Origin: Malacoraja senta
Taxonomy: Eukaryota
Length of the DNA stretch: 64,000 nucleotides
Direction: 5' to 3'
Assembly (NCBI GenBank): GCA_038087875.1
Contig: CM075977.1
Span: forward strand, 142,786,001-142,850,000
Shown here: positions 13,020 through 26,801 of the stretch, one piece after another
How positions within the stretch are numbered: position 1 is the first letter of the stretch
Layout of the letters: the number at the start of each line of letters is the position of its first letter
Made by a program: the position numbers and the translations under genes
Notes under the pieces: generated by a model
Seen by the model: only the letters and a program-made list of their open reading frames with translations
The model's database searches: none
Told to the model about the DNA's origin: nothing

Positions 13020-13548
13020 TAGAGTATTGGTCGCGTAGCTACAGGAAAGATGTCATTAAATTGGAAAGGGTGCAGAAGAGATTCATCAGGCTGTTACCTT
13101 GGTTTATGGGCTTCAGTTATAGAGAGAGGTTGGATAGTCTGGGACGTTTTCCTTTGTAGTATGGTAGGCTAATGGCATGACCTTACTTAAATGTACAAGA
13201 TCATGAGAGGCATGGGTAAAGTGAAAGCTAAGTCATTTTCCCTGGATCGAGGGTTCCAAAACTAGAATTAGAATCCTCTAGTATTCTATAGGTGAGGGGG
13301 AGATTTAAGAGGAACCTCAGGGAAAACCTTTTCACTTAGAAGGTGGTCCACATCTGGAATGAGCTACCCGGGGAAGCTATAGAAGAGTATACAATTAAGA
13401 CTTTTAAAAGACATTTGGACAGATACATGGATAGGAAGGATTTAATGGGCTGTAGGCAAAATGCAAGCAAATGGGTCGACCCCAGTATGTCAAATTAGTC
13501 AGCATGGACAAGATTGGCCAAAGACCCCGTTTCCTTGCTGTATAGCTC
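13020..13548 (+). mobile_element. Old CR1 3' fragment
   Basis: aaattggaaagggtgcagaagagattcatcagg (LERVQKRF) and CR1-type 3' UTR. Confidence 0.7.
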
Positions 13549-14404
13549 TTTAACTTTATAAAAATTTAATTAATAAATTTAATAAATTCATTTGCACCTG
13601 CAGTGCAAAATGTCCAAAATATATCAAAAACATAGAAGCTGCTACCACAGAAGGTACCTTACACTTAATGCATTGAATGGACAGCAAGATAAGAACATGA
13701 AGAAATAAGGTGTTTGTGCAGTTACATGAAAGACAGTAAAAGGTTTGCATGAAACAAACTAGCAGCATTGAAGTTGGATGAATAGCTAATTTCTGTGCTG
13801 AAGACTTGTACAACCTTGTAACTCACTACAAATAAACATTGAGTGTAATAAACATGGTACCAGAAGATAGCTTCACACAAAAAGGCAACTGAGTAAGTTA
13901 CAGCCATTTGCTGCTGTTGTGCGAGTCCCTTAATTGATCAAGTGGAAAATCCAACCGTATTTCTAAAATTTAGACCAAAATAGATGCTAACGAATTTAAC
14001 TTGAGGCTGTGTTAGATAAGAAGCCATCTGTCTAGGTTTCCATTATGTCATTTACTATCTTAATAATGCTTACAGACTATACTACCATTTCCCAGGGCAT
14101 TAACATTGTTATGATTACTATTTTATATGTACTGGTCCACTGGGACAGCTTTGGAAAATATAATCTGTTGGATTTACTTCAGAGAATGGCTGAAGTAATT
14201 CTCTTCACAAACACCCACCTGTTACAGATGTCTCACTTGGGCAACTGATATTGCTACACATTTAAAATCTTACTAATATTAAAATCAATGTTCTTTGAAA
14301 TAAATAATTGTACTCATTCATGCACTGTTTGCAACATGACCATTCCAAGCAAAATGCCAATCTTTTCTTATCACAGACATAGATACACACAAAGAATGTA
14401 TTTC

Positions 14405-14522
14405 TTTAGAAGGGTTTTGACCTGAAATGCCACCTATGAATATTTTCCAGAGATGCTGCCTGACCCATTGAATTACTCCAGCACTTTGTGTCCTTTTGTG
14501 TATTAACCAGCATCTGCAGATA
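14405..14522 (+). mobile_element. Degraded Penelope terminal repeat
   Basis: gaagggttttgacctgaaatgccacc..gagatgctgcctgaccc..actccagcactttgtgtc. Confidence 0.65.
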
Positions 14523-15129
14523 CTAGTTTCTTCAATGTATTTGACCTGATGTTTGCCCAGTCAAGTTAATTAAGACAGTGTAAGACGTCATCAAACAGTG
14601 GGTATTTGGTAATTCAGTTTCAGATTATTTTATGACCATTTTCAGATTGTTCTAAAGAGCATTTTACATTTGATTTTCATTCTATGATTCAATGGTGAAA
14701 GGGAAGACTTTTACAATTATCACTCTCCCAAAGACTTACAAATCAGAATCCTGGCAGTTGAGATCAAACTCACTAGTGTCCTAGAGAACCATGTTTTCCA
14801 GGTTTTTTCTGAGTCAGCAAGAGGCTGACAAATGTACAAATGTCACTGCAGATGTATGATACAATATTCACAGTACTGTCTCCTGTTACTGCCCTGGCAG
14901 CCAGGCATCAAACAAGTTCACTGTCTTCATTCTTAGGCAACAATTTTTTTTTTAAATCAATTAATATTGCACAAATTGTATGTTCAAAGCTCCTACAGAT
15001 GAAGCATGGACTTGGCTAACTACAAATGCCTTTCAAAAGGCACAGGAATAATCCCTCCTAATAATAACGACCTCTTCCACATGGTTAGAGTACTCCCCAT
15101 ATCAGAATCCTCATGTTCTGAATGACTTA

Positions 15130-15358
15130 AGGGCCTGTCCCACTTGCAGATTTTTTTGGCGACTGCCGGCATCATTGACTGACGTATCAGGTCACCGAAA
15201 AATTTGCGGCGTGATGCGGCGGTGACGTGGCGCGGAGTTTTTTCAAGTGTCACAACATTTTTTTTGTTGCCGCTAGATTTTGAAATGTTCAAAATCTTCT
15301 GGCGACACTGATATGACGCCGGCAGTCAGCCAAAAAATCGCTAAGTGGGACAGGCCCT
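15130..15358. mobile_element. PIF/Harbinger-type MITE
   Basis: TIR AGGGCCTGTCCCACTT / AAGTGGGACAGGCCCT; TSD TTA on both sides. Confidence 0.9.
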
Positions 15359-15500
15359 TTAACATCTAAAGCAGCAGCACTTGTTCCTCATCTGTTACTC
15401 CAGGACTTTTTCTAAAAAATCACTGAACAAATCAATCATTGGCTGTGCAGGGCTGAAATTCCTGCAGACGTGCCCTGCCACCAAATGTGCAACAGAGTAA

Positions 15501-15820
15501 TGGGCCTGTCCCACTTGCTGATTTTTTAGGCAACTGCCGGCGACTGTCATAGTCGTAGCAGGTCGCCGAAAAAACGGCGACAACCTACGTCATCCTGGTG
15601 ACTACCTACGACAGAACCTACGTCAGGAGAAGTCAAGCTACGCTCATTGGCGTCAAACCTACTGTCGCCGAAAATGTTTCAACATGTTGAAAATTTAGCG
15701 GCGACCAGAAAGACGCTACGACTTTTTGTGCGACTGAGGTGACTACTACCGGCAACCACCAGCGAACATGTGGCGACCAACTAGTCGCCTAAAAAAAATC
15801 GCCTAAGTGGGACAGGCCCA
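15501..15820. mobile_element. PIF/Harbinger-type MITE
   Basis: TIR TGGGCCTGTCCCACTT / AAGTGGGACAGGCCCA; TSD TAA on both sides. Confidence 0.9.
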
Positions 15821-16914
15821 TAATATTTCCTGCACCCACCGACCCCCATTCCAAACTTCAAGAACTGCATCACTTGCACAAAGTGATCTGGTTAAAGATT
15901 TTTTTTAAATTAGAAGCTTTATTCATTATCAGATTGTTCTCAATTTTAACAACCGCAGCAACCAGTGTCAACAGCATTGCAGCGTAGAAGTGAGAAATTT
16001 CTGGAGGGATGCTGCATCTGACCACTGCTCTGGTTCTCAGCTTACTGTGCCCAACGTCATCAGCTGGGTTTGAAAAGATAAGAACTGTTGTAAAGGTTAA
16101 GTGGTTTGACCTTCTTTCTTTAAGTGTATTTATAGATAAATTTATTGTTTTTCAACTGCAAATAAATGTAAAAAGCCATCAGGACATTCCTCTGCACATT
16201 CCTCTGCACAGGTTACCTATAGCAACAAGGCCGAGAACGCCATTCATCCCCCTGAGCCACAAAAGGCTATGGCAGCGACAGGGATGGACCAGGGGGTGAA
16301 TGTAATGTGCAGGACAGATCAAGCACAGCCCCGTTCAAGATATGGAACAGCTGATTATATAATCAACTGATAGATTTGACTGTTAAATTCAATCATGGTG
16401 AATATTGCGGAGTCAGGCAAACCATGGAATGCAGAGGGGTTTAAACTGGTTGCCCAATAAAAATGGCAGAGGTTAATGAAATTCGATCAGCCCGCACCTA
16501 TTGAATGTTAAATGGGATCATTCTAAGTACCTTATTCCAGCATCGGAATTTGGCAAGCTTTTAAAAGTTGAAAATAAAATGTATGCAGATTTAGAAAGAC
16601 ATTTTTTAATTAAAGGCAGACAGTTCTGATTTGTAAATTGCAATTCAATTGTGTGCCTTTTGAAAATTAGAACACATCAAATTAATAGTCGACTGGTCAG
16701 GGGATTGGTTAATTAAGGATGGTCAATATGGATTTGTAAAGGGCAAATTATGTCTGACAAATATAATTGAACTTTGAGGAAAGTCAGTGTATTAATTAGG
16801 GAAATGCAAAGTAAGTTGCATTTATGGATTTTTTGAAAGGCATTAATGAATTTCTGCACAGAAAATTTGCTGATAAAAGTGCTCATTGCACTTAAAATAC
16901 TGGAACTGGAACAA

Positions 16915-18260
16915 TGAATTTATTTTGTGCTGCAGCTCTACAGGTATAATAAAAGCATCAACACAACAAATAAATATACAATAAATTATCAGTTATTCTA
17001 GGTAAACCAGACCATGTTAGTTGTGCAAAATCCACAGTAGTATGTTGTGCTTCGGGTTGTACTGGGTGGGCCAAAGCCTAATAGTTGATGAGAAGACTCT
17101 CAAGCTCCTGCTTCCCAATGGTAGCAGTGAGATGAGAGTGAGGCCAGGGAGGTGTGAATCTTTTATGATATATGTTGCCTTCTTGAGGCAGTGCTTCTTG
17201 TAGATCACTTTGATGGTGGGGAGGTCAATATCCGTGGTGACTGGGCAATGTCTAACAGTCTCTGCAGCCTCCATCGTTCTTGGTCGTTCGAATTTCCAAA
17301 CCAGACTGTGATGCAGAGAGAATATGCCTTCCACCCTATACTTGCAGAGTATTCAGCAATATGTCGAATCTTCTCAAACCTCTGAGGAAGTAGAAGCATA
17401 GGTGAACTTTCTTTGTAATTGCATCGATATGCTGGGGACAGGACAGTGATGTGTATGCTCTGGTTCTTGAGGCTGTGGACTCTCTACCACTGTTCCACTG
17501 GTAAAGACAGGTGCATGATCCCTCGGCTTTCCCTTTCTGAATTCAACAATCAAATCCTTGGTCTTGCTACATTGAGAGCAACACTGCTGTTCTGGTACTA
17601 TTCCACCAGATTATTGATCTTCCTCCTATACCATGACTCGTCATTACCGGTTATTCATCCAACAACAGTGGTATCATGGTGAATTTAGAGATGACGTTGG
17701 AGCTCTGTCAAGTTACACATTCATGGGTATAGGCTGAATAGAGCAGGGGACCGACCATACAGACCTGAGGTGCTCCTGTACTGAAGTTATTAAGGAGAAG
17801 GTGTTGGCAATTCATACTCTTTGAGATATGCCAATAAGGAAGTCGAGGATCCAGTTAACTTGAGCAGAGACTCAGAGATGGTGCAGGGGAGAGAAAAGAC
17901 TTTGCCTTCCATCACAGTGAGGAGGAGATTCACTGTGATGGATGTTTTTCTGTAAATTGAATTGTTTGTGTGTCGTGTAGGAATTGTTTTGTTTGTATGG
18001 CTGTGGAAACGGAGTTTCGTTTGAGCCTCTCTGAGGTTCAAATGACAAGTAATAAATCTAATCTAAAGATGATGAGTTTGGAGGAGATGGTGTTCAATGC
18101 TGAGCTATAGTCGATGAACAACAGCCTGATGTACATGATCCTATTGTCCAAGTGGTCCAGCACAGATTGAAGAGCTAGCAGGATCATATCCACTCTCAAT
18201 CTACTGTAACATTAGGCAAATTGAAGTAGCTTCCATACCAGAGGTATGATGAAGAGTGGT
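16915..18260 (-). mobile_element. Degraded Rex1/Babar-type LINE, interrupted at ~17905-18066
   Basis: CITVWFGN, IIKDSHLPG..LLPLG and gagcacctcagg (GAPQG) motifs on the minus strand. Confidence 0.7.
17905..18066 (+). mobile_element. 3' end of non-autonomous retroposon family, (TCTAA)n tail
   Basis: ccatcacagtg..cactgtgatgg hairpin, T-rich spacer, terminal stem-loop, AATAAA, microsatellite. Confidence 0.7.
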
Positions 18261-18472
18261 ATCATAATCATAATAGTCATTTATTAGCCGTATGTTTTGC
18301 AACATACGAGGAATTTGATTTGCCATACAGTCATACAAATAAAGAGTAACAAGACTCCCCAATAATTTTTTAACATGAACATCCACCACAGCGACTCCCC
18401 CACATTCCTCACTGTGATGGAAGGCAAAGAAAGTTAAATCTTCTTCCCTTCTTTGTTCTCCTGCGGTCGGCA
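18260..18472 (-). mobile_element. 3' end of the same non-autonomous family, (ATTATG)n tail
   Basis: Minus strand reads ggagaacaaaga..gccttccatcacagtgagg..ctgtggtggatgtt, then cgtatgttgcaaaacatacg stem-loop and AATAAA. Confidence 0.7.
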
Positions 18473-20181
18473 CTGGTTCAACATTAACCTGTATATCTGT
18501 GCTCTCGTATAATTTATGTTGCTATGTAAATGCAAGTCTTTCTTTAAGTATGTGATTAACTATATATGACGTTAGGACAACACTGACAGATTAGTAGCTG
18601 GATATTGAAAGACAACTGTATTCCACTGTAAACTGTAAGCAAATTTCCAAGCAGATTCCTCATTCTATCACTTCAATCCAGTCAGGGAACAAATGTTAGT
18701 TCAGTAAAAAATGTAGAAAAGCCTGCCAGGAGCAGCAGTGGGACGCACAGGCCAACCCATGAAGCTCAGCTCTACGTCTATATGCATGTGAAACAGCAGA
18801 AGCAAAAACCTGCAAACAGATCTCAGTGGTCCCATAAGCAATGAATCAAGTCGAAATTCTCAAGCTTTCCATATCCAATTTGTATCGGTAGTGGACAAGT
18901 CAGCAACTCACAGCAGGAAGCTCTAAATATCCATGAATACCACAATCTACAATGGTGTGGAAGCTCACAATATGAATATAAAACTACCCCCTTTAGCAGC
19001 AGAGGCCATGAATGATTAATCTCCTATTTTCCTACAGAAAAGCTTTCACAGAAGAGATCAGTCTTTAAGTCAATTCCATTAATTCCATGGTACAACTGGA
19101 TATCAGCTTCTAGATGGCATTCATGACACACATGTGCCAAACAACAATCTTTTACAAAATGCAAGGTCCACCTACCTGAGCACATCACCATCACCAAGCC
19201 CCTCACCATCAATACTCAATGAACAGTTACTAGAAGCTTACATGGACTACAGATGTAGTGGCCACATGTACACGTTAAAGACTGAATATTATACAGCATA
19301 AAGTCAAATCCTCAATATGAAAATACCTCAATAGCCTCCCACCTGATCGCTGAAATCTTCTCAGTCCCACATCCCTCCAAGATGTATGCACTCTTCCAAG
19401 CCTGGCTTTAGGGTGTCAACAACTCTAATTGCACCACTGCCACTAGGCATGCCTTCAGTTTATATGGCCTTATGCTCTGGCATTCCCTCCCAAACCGCTC
19501 TTTTGCATATGCAGTGACTGGAATGCATTGGCAACAGAGGAAGATTCAATTTTAGCATTCAAAAATAAGCTGGATAAGCATCTGAAAAGAATGAATTTGC
19601 AGAGCTATGGGGAAAGAACAGGAGAGTAGAACTAGCTGATTACCCTTACACAGCACTGGTATGGAGCTGATGTGATTCTCTAATAGTCAATTCAGCGACT
19701 CATTTCATGCTGCAGACATTACTGTGAACAGTTAGAACTTTGATATATGTGACTATTTAAAATGTAGACTGAAAATCAATCTTTGTGATTTACTGTATGT
19801 TCCCACAATTGCTCTTTTATGAGTTTCGTTTTTCCTTATAACTGGGCTGATTTGTGGCTTGTCATGAGTGCACTAAACAGTATTACGAGACTTCATACCA
19901 GAAACAGATTGTGGTTTAAAGTAATTGAATTCCTTACACCCTGTTGCCACTGTGCAATAAGCTGAATTCATATAGGTGAATTGTCACATTGATAAAAATT
20001 GATAAGCAAAGCAAGTAAAAGAAATGTCAGTGTTGCAACTCATCGTGTCTGGGAGAATTTCTTACACAATTTACCACAAAGAAAGCTTAGAGAATGATTA
20101 ATGTGGATTGTTTTCTACTCCATTTTCATTGTCTATTGGGCTGAAAAGCAGGTCAAGTGGAAAATACAAATGGAAGCTCAC

Positions 20182-20303
20182 CGTCCATAGTGGAGTGCTC
20201 CTCAGACTCAGTGGGGGATGGGAGGCACGACTCCACGGTTTCCACATTTGTTATCAGATGCTTGGACAGAGAACAGCAACTGCGGCTCTGAGCAAGTGTA
20301 AAC
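20182..20303 (-). CDS. FRMD3: FRMD3 internal coding exon: (R)FTLAQSRSCCSLSKHLITNVETVESCLPSPTESEEHSTMD
   Basis: 122 nt between ttttcag and gtgagc. Resembles the recalled FRMD3 QSRSSHSLNKQLIINME..LPSP segment. The terminal exon was not found in 1-20181. Confidence 0.85.
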
Positions 20304-22200
20304 CTGAAAAAGATGATGGTACTTTCACCCCATACATAATGCTTTATGGACACAAGTAACATAATTGGATCAATTACTCCAATGACAGTTTTCTACATCT
20401 ATTAAATAGCCCAATGTTTTAAGTAACTACTCATATTATTTATCTGTTCTTCAATGTACTGTACAGTATATGTGTCATTTTATGTTTGTAGATTTATCTG
20501 TATCTTTTCTTTTTTTAATTTCCAACAACTGCTATAGATGTGAGTTTTCAAATAGATTAACCTTAACAACGATATCAGTGACCTTCTCTTGGCTGACATT
20601 CAAAGGTCTTTATTGACAGTTTATTTGTGCTGTGATTGAATAGCATTCCTACACATTCAAGAATCAAACATAAATACCAGTTACTTGGACAGAATACTGC
20701 CTCCTGTCCTCCAAGAAGAACTAGTGAAAAATAAATTAAAAATACGGACAAAACTAACAGTACAAATTCAAATAACTTTACAGTAAAACAATGTCTGCTT
20801 TTGGGATATTTCACTCATTTGTGGATAAATGCATTCAAAGGTGTTAGGCTGTAAATGATCAAATGATTCAAGTTCTATAACTTTTCTTGACAGCGTCAAA
20901 ACATTCCGAATAGATTAATAGCTCAAGCACAACAATCGCTCCAGGGTAGCTGTAAGCAATATTTCAACCAAATGCCTGTGACCTCTGCTGGCGCACGAGC
21001 ATTGTTTCAGTCTAATGTTACCAACATCAGGCTTCGTTGGGAGGTCTAACCACTTCAGAATTGTTTAGTACATGTTGAAGGGTACCACGAAACTAGCAAA
21101 GAGGTCTGGAGCAGCAAGAATCACAGCTGAAGAAAATATTGAGGCAGGTGATGGTAAGACGTCAAGTTCAAGATTTTAATCGTACATATGCTGAAACCTC
21201 ACATGGAACAGCAGATGGAGGTCACTTCTCACATGAAGACCAGTAAAATCTTATTCTTCGCCATCTCTGTGCACCTTTTAGACTGTATTAAATTCATAGG
21301 GTTAGAGGGGACATATTAGCATGCATCAGAAAATAGTTATTTAACCAGTCCCCTATGCATGCTGATAAGCTAAGAAATGAATCATTTGGCAGAATGTTAT
21401 AAATGGAATGCCATTAGTTTTGACAACTAATATTAATGGCTTTGTTGATAAAAAAGCAGGCGACTGAAAATTCATGGTCAGTTGGTAACACCAGCTGCAC
21501 CATATTGTAGCAGTTGTGCCTTCTCCTCTGCTTCTGAAATTCAGTTTCAATGGAATAGAAGATGCAGACATCACTGGACAAACATTCTTTGCTAGTGATC
21601 AGAGATTGAATTTCCCAGCTGCAGCTTTTCTAATGATAAGTTTTCTAATGACACAAAGCTAAAGAAGAAAGTATGCTATACAGAGGAAGCAATAACTCTG
21701 TAAAAGAGTCAAGAGTCAACAGTGTTTAATTGGCATATGGACTGAAATGGAACCTGCTAAATTAGCATGCAAGACATGGGCATATGGATAGTACTGTGGA
21801 AAAATGTGAGTTATTCACATTGGTTAAAAGAATTGTAATTTTTTTAAAAATTGAAATGGGAGTTGTCAGTGTGCAGGTATATGAAAAGCAGTAACTAAGC
21901 GTGCAGGTGTCTGGATGCTATAAAAAATATTTTGCACAAGATCAGCCATAATCCTATTAAATGGCAGAACAGGCTCAGAGCTGAATAACCTATTCCTGTT
22001 TATATTTTTATGTTCTTAAAAGCCTGTTATCCAAGACTGGGGAATACATTGGGCCACCTAGTAAATGGCTGAAGGAGATCTGACAAAATGTAATTCAAAA
22101 GAAAATCAGCCATTTTTTTAAGCTATGGCTGAGTGCTTTCTGAATAACGCTTCTCTCTTAGTGACAATAGTGGGAAAGGAAAGTTTTATTTTACTGTTAC

Positions 22201-22269
22201 CTGTGAACTTCAGGAGGGGTGCGCTGAATTTTGGTGCTTGCTTCTATAACTTCTTTGGCAACTCTTCCA
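22201..22269 (-). CDS. FRMD3: FRMD3 internal coding exon: (S)GRVAKEVIEASTKIQRTPPEVH(R)
   Basis: 69 nt between tttatag and gtaaca. Second half of the FERM-adjacent region. Confidence 0.92.
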
Positions 22270-23253
22270 CTATAAATAAAAAAAGATTATATTATAGGCA
22301 AATGTCTAACTTTTTTTGGCCTATTTGACCTCGGATTTGGCCAATGCTGGGATCCAGGGACTGCAGGTGGGGGTCACAGAGACTGGGTCGAGGTCAGACC
22401 TTTCCCTTCCCATTCCCCCACCCAGATCCTCCCTTGCTTCTTGGACCCCTTCTTGCCGAGGGCCGCCCCTTTTTCCTGTCTCCCTCCACCCCTCCTTCTC
22501 CCCCACACAAGAACAAATAAAATCTAATCTAATCTAACTTCCCACATTCTCCCCCACTCCCACCTTCCCTTCCCTCCCACCTTCCCTCTCGAGTCCAAGG
22601 GCCATCCCTTCCCGGGCCCCTCCTTGACCCGAGTAAAATGTTTCTCAGGTCCGCTTTAAACATTCAGCATTTCATCTTAAACATATGCCTCATTGTTTAA
22701 GACACCTCTGCTACGGGGAAACATTTCTTACTATTTACCCTATCCACACCCCTCAGAGTTTTATACACATTTTGCAGTTCTAAACTGAACTTCCTCTGGA
22801 TCTTAACTCTGAAATTAAAACAAATCCCGTCCTCATAACTGAAATGCTCGACATTAAGAACATCCAAGAGAAAATAGACACCAAAAGCTGGAGCAACTCA
22901 GCGGGATAGGCAGCATCTTTGGAGAGAAGGAATGGGTGACGTTTCAGGTCGAGACCCTTCTTCACACTGGTTAGAGATAAGGGAAACGAGATATATAGAC
23001 GGTGATGTGGAGAGATAAAGAACAATGAATACAAAGATATGCAAAAAAAGTTACGTTGATAAAGGATACAGGCCATTGTTAGCTGTTTGTAGGATGAAAA
23101 CAAGAAGCTAGTGTTACTTGGTTGGGGGAGGGATAGAAAGAGAGGGAATGCCGGGGCTACCTGAAGTGAGAGAAATCAATATTCATACCACTGGGCTGTA
23201 AGCTGCCCAAGTGAAATATGAGATGCTGTTCCTCCAATTTGCATTTAGCCTTA

Positions 23254-23949
23254 AGCCCCTGTCCCACTTACGTGTCCTTCGCACGCTAATTACGCGACCT
23301 CGTGGTCGTGTTGAGGCACGACGGTCCCGCGAAGGTCGCTCGCAACTTCATGCGCCCGCACAGCCGTCTGGAGCGTGTGACGTCATTTGAAGATGGACAC
23401 AAAGTGCAGGAGTAACTCAGCGAGACCAGCAGCAGCTCTGGAGAGAAGCAATGGGTGATGTTTCGGGTCGAGACTCTTCTTCAGTCTGAAAGAAGGGTCT
23501 CGACCCAAAACGCCATCCATTCTTTCTCTCCAGAGATGCTGCCGGTCCCGCTGAGTTACTCCAGCATTTTGTGTCTATCTTCAATTTTCTTGGCCCCGCA
23601 CTGGGAGTAGAAGTGAGGGCGGATCCGGACCGCAAACGGCCGTGAGCCCCAGGCCGAGCTCGGCGATCGTTTGCCTGCTTCTGCTGCTGTTGGAGGTGAG
23701 ACGTTGCGTCGCGCCAGGGTCTTGGGCCTGTCCAACTTTGGCCATCAGTTACGCGACAGGCCGGTGGCGCGCGAAGATTTCGTTCGCTACAAAATTTCGG
23801 AGCGCCACGCGATACCGCGCACAACTCCACACCCCTCCGCGCATCTCAGTGGGACCGGCCCCGCGCGGCCACACGATGCCCGTGCGACTCAATGCGACGA
23901 CGAGGTTGCGTAATTTGCGTGCCAAGGACACGTAAGTCGAACAGGGCCT
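23254..23949. mobile_element. PIF/Harbinger-type MITE with ~55-bp TIRs, carrying an inverted pair of Penelope termini
   Basis: AGCCCCTGTCCCACTTACGTGTCC.. / ..GGACACGTAAGTCGAACAGGGCCT; TSD TTA at 23251-23253 and 23950-23952. Confidence 0.88.
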
Positions 23950-24586
23950 TTACTCTGACAATGGAGGAGAGCTAGGACAGAAAGGTTTGTGTAGGAATGG
24001 GAAGGAGAATTAAAGTGTCCGGCAACCGGGAGATCAAGTAAGTTCAGGCGGGTTGAGCGAAGGTATTCCACGAAATGATCGCCCAGTCTGCGTTTGGTCT
24101 TGCCAATGTATACGAGTCCACACCTTGAACAATGGATACAGTAAATGCGGTTGGAGGAGGTGCAAGTGAGCCTCTGCCAAACCTGAAAGGACTGCCGGGG
24201 TTGCTGGACAGTCGAGGGAGGAGGTGTGTCAGGTATTGTATCTTCTGCAGTTGCAGGGGAAGGTACCTGGGGAGGGGGTGGTTTGGGTGGCAAGGGATGA
24301 GTTAACCAGGGAGTTGCAGAGGGAACGGTGTCTGCGGAAGGCGGAAAGGGGTGGAGATGGGAAAATATGGCTATCCCGTTGGTATCCCGAGGTGGCGGAA
24401 ATTTCGGAGGATTATACCTTCAAGGTCGGCAGAGGAGCTGCAGGGGAGTGGCCTGTCCAGGAGCGCCCTTGTCGAGTGAAGTGCCTTGTGAGAAAAGTGC
24501 AAGTCTTTGGCCCGAGAGTCTTCGGCAAAGAGGCTGAGGGAGGAGACTACGCCAAAAGTTGGAAAGGGTGAGACGCAGTGAAGAAA

Positions 24587-25536
24587 TGATAGGTAAGCTG
24601 ATTCAGAGTGATGCTTGCAGGATGTGGGAGGTCAGGACACTGATGGTTCCTCTGGCTGCTACAACTGTGGAAAGTGTGTCCAGATCCTGAAGGACCATGT
24701 TGGGGCACTGGAGATGCAACTGGATGACCTCAGGATCATCCGGGAAAATGAGTTTCCTGGACAGGACCTACAGCGAGATTGTTACACTGAAGATACCGGA
24801 AGAGAGAAGGTGGGTGACGATGAGGAAGGGAAGGAAGCTTGGGGTACAGGAGACCCCGGGGGATGTACCTCTTGAAAACAGGATCACGCTCTTGGAAGCT
24901 GTCGGGACAGAAGACACTGCCATTCTGAGTGGGGGACAGGTCTGCAAGTCAAAATGTGGCGCTGAAGCAAAGTCGAAGGGTCAGACATCAGGCAGAGCCA
25001 TGTTAATGAGGGACTCCATCGTGAGAGGTACAGACAGGTGTTTTTGCCGCAATAGGCAGGATTCAATTATGGTGTGTTGTCACCCTGGTGCCAGGATGCA
25101 GGACATCAGGGACCGATTGCAAGGCATCCTCAAGAGTGAAGGTGAGCAGCCGGAAGTGATAGTGCATGTCGGCACAAATGACGTCGGGAAGAAAAGGAAA
25201 GAGATTCTGCAGCGTGACTTTAGAGAGCTCGGAAGAAGGCTGAAAAGCAGAACCTCCAGGGTGGTTTTCTCTGGTTTGCTTCCAGTTCCTCGTGCTGGTG
25301 AGGGCAGGAACAGGGAGATCGGGGATCTGAATTTGTGGCTGAGGAGCTGGTGCAGGGGGCAGGTATTTAGATTCTTAGACCACTGGGATCTGTTTTGGGG
25401 TAAGGATGAATTGTACAAAAGGGACGGGTTGCACCTTAACTGGCGGGGGACCAGCATTCTGGCATGCAGGTTTGCCACTGCTGCACGGGTGGGTTTATAC
25501 AAAATGGTGGGGGGTGGAGACAAATTGGAAATATAA
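24587..25536 (+). pseudogene. CR1 ORF1 (Cys-motif/leucine zipper + SGNH esterase), frameshifted
   Basis: CGKC, LEMQLDDL, (G>R)DSIVR, CHPGA, HVGTND, DGLHL motifs. Confidence 0.85.
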
Positions 25537-26103
25537 GGATGGAGTTAAAGGGAAAGAGAGTAGAGGAAAAGTTAAGAAAGACACCAGAATTAACGGGGCA
25601 GAAAGCTCATGAAGGGATAGGAGAGAATGGCCAACTGAAATAGGAATCGATGTGAAACGTGAGGTGAGTAATGGATTAAAAGTATTATATACTAGACCAA
25701 GGGGACCCGTTGGGTCCAGTCCCCTCAACGCGTGGTTGCGGGGGTGGGGGGGGCAGCCTTTGGCATCTCACACACACACTAACCACCCCCACACACACAC
25801 TAACCCCCCCCACCCTTGATATTATATTAATACTAGACTAAGTGGGATCTGTTGGGTCCCATGTTCACACGGGAGGGCAGGTCCCACGACACAATATTCC
25901 ACCTCTCCACCAATTCCAATATTGGTGGCCAGTGGGGGGGGGGGGGGCTTTCTGGAGCACTGGTATGGGTGTTGTTGGTTGCAAGGACTACTTGTCTCCA
26001 GAGGGCTAGCATGGACATTGTGGGCCAAATGGATTCTTGGGGGGCAGCTCAGTCACTCATGCCTGATGTGCTGGCAGCTCACTCACGGCTATTCCTTGAA
26101 ATT

Positions 26104-26408
26104 CCATTTCAAGCAGAGTGCAAGGCCACCAAATTCAAGTTTAGTTTCATAACATTTCAAGCATGGTGCAAGGCCACCAAATTCAGGTTCAGTTTCCTAC
26201 CACTTCAAGCAGGGTGCAAGGCCACCAAATTCAAGTGCAGTTTCCAACCACTTCAAGCAGGGTGCAAGGCCACCAAATACAAGTGCAGTTTCATAACATT
26301 TCAAGGAGGGTGCAAGGCAACCAAATTCAAATGCCGTTTCATACCATTTCATGCAGGGTGCAACGACACCACATTCAAATGCAGTTTCATACTATTTCAA
26401 GCAGGGTG
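26104..26408. repeat. Tandem array, 48-bp unit, ~6.3 copies
   Basis: Unit ~CATTTCAAGCAGGGTGCAAGGCCACCAAATTCAAGTGCAGTTTCATAC. Confidence 0.95.
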
Positions 26409-26801
26409 AAACCATCATAAAAATCACCATAAAACCACACAAAACACCACACTCACAGTTCAGTAGACATTCAGTGTGTTCAGTTGATTCACAGCTCAGA
26501 CAGAGTCATGACCTCTCCCTCCACCATCATGAAGAGACTGAGCCACACCTACACTTCCGGGTTTTATAATCCCTCCCCCTCCCACCGAAAAAGATGTGGC
26601 CTTCATGGCGTGATTGACAGGAAAGAGATACTCAACATTTTTTAAACACTGATAACACTTTTGTTTTTCATTGATGGGAAGAATCCTCTGCACCTAATGA
26701 GCAGAGGGGAACTGAGTAAGATGGCCAAAAATCACAGCCATAAGTGGTGGCGTTTTATCTAAAATCAATATAGTGCAAACAGGAAGTTGTCAAGTTTAGA
26801 C

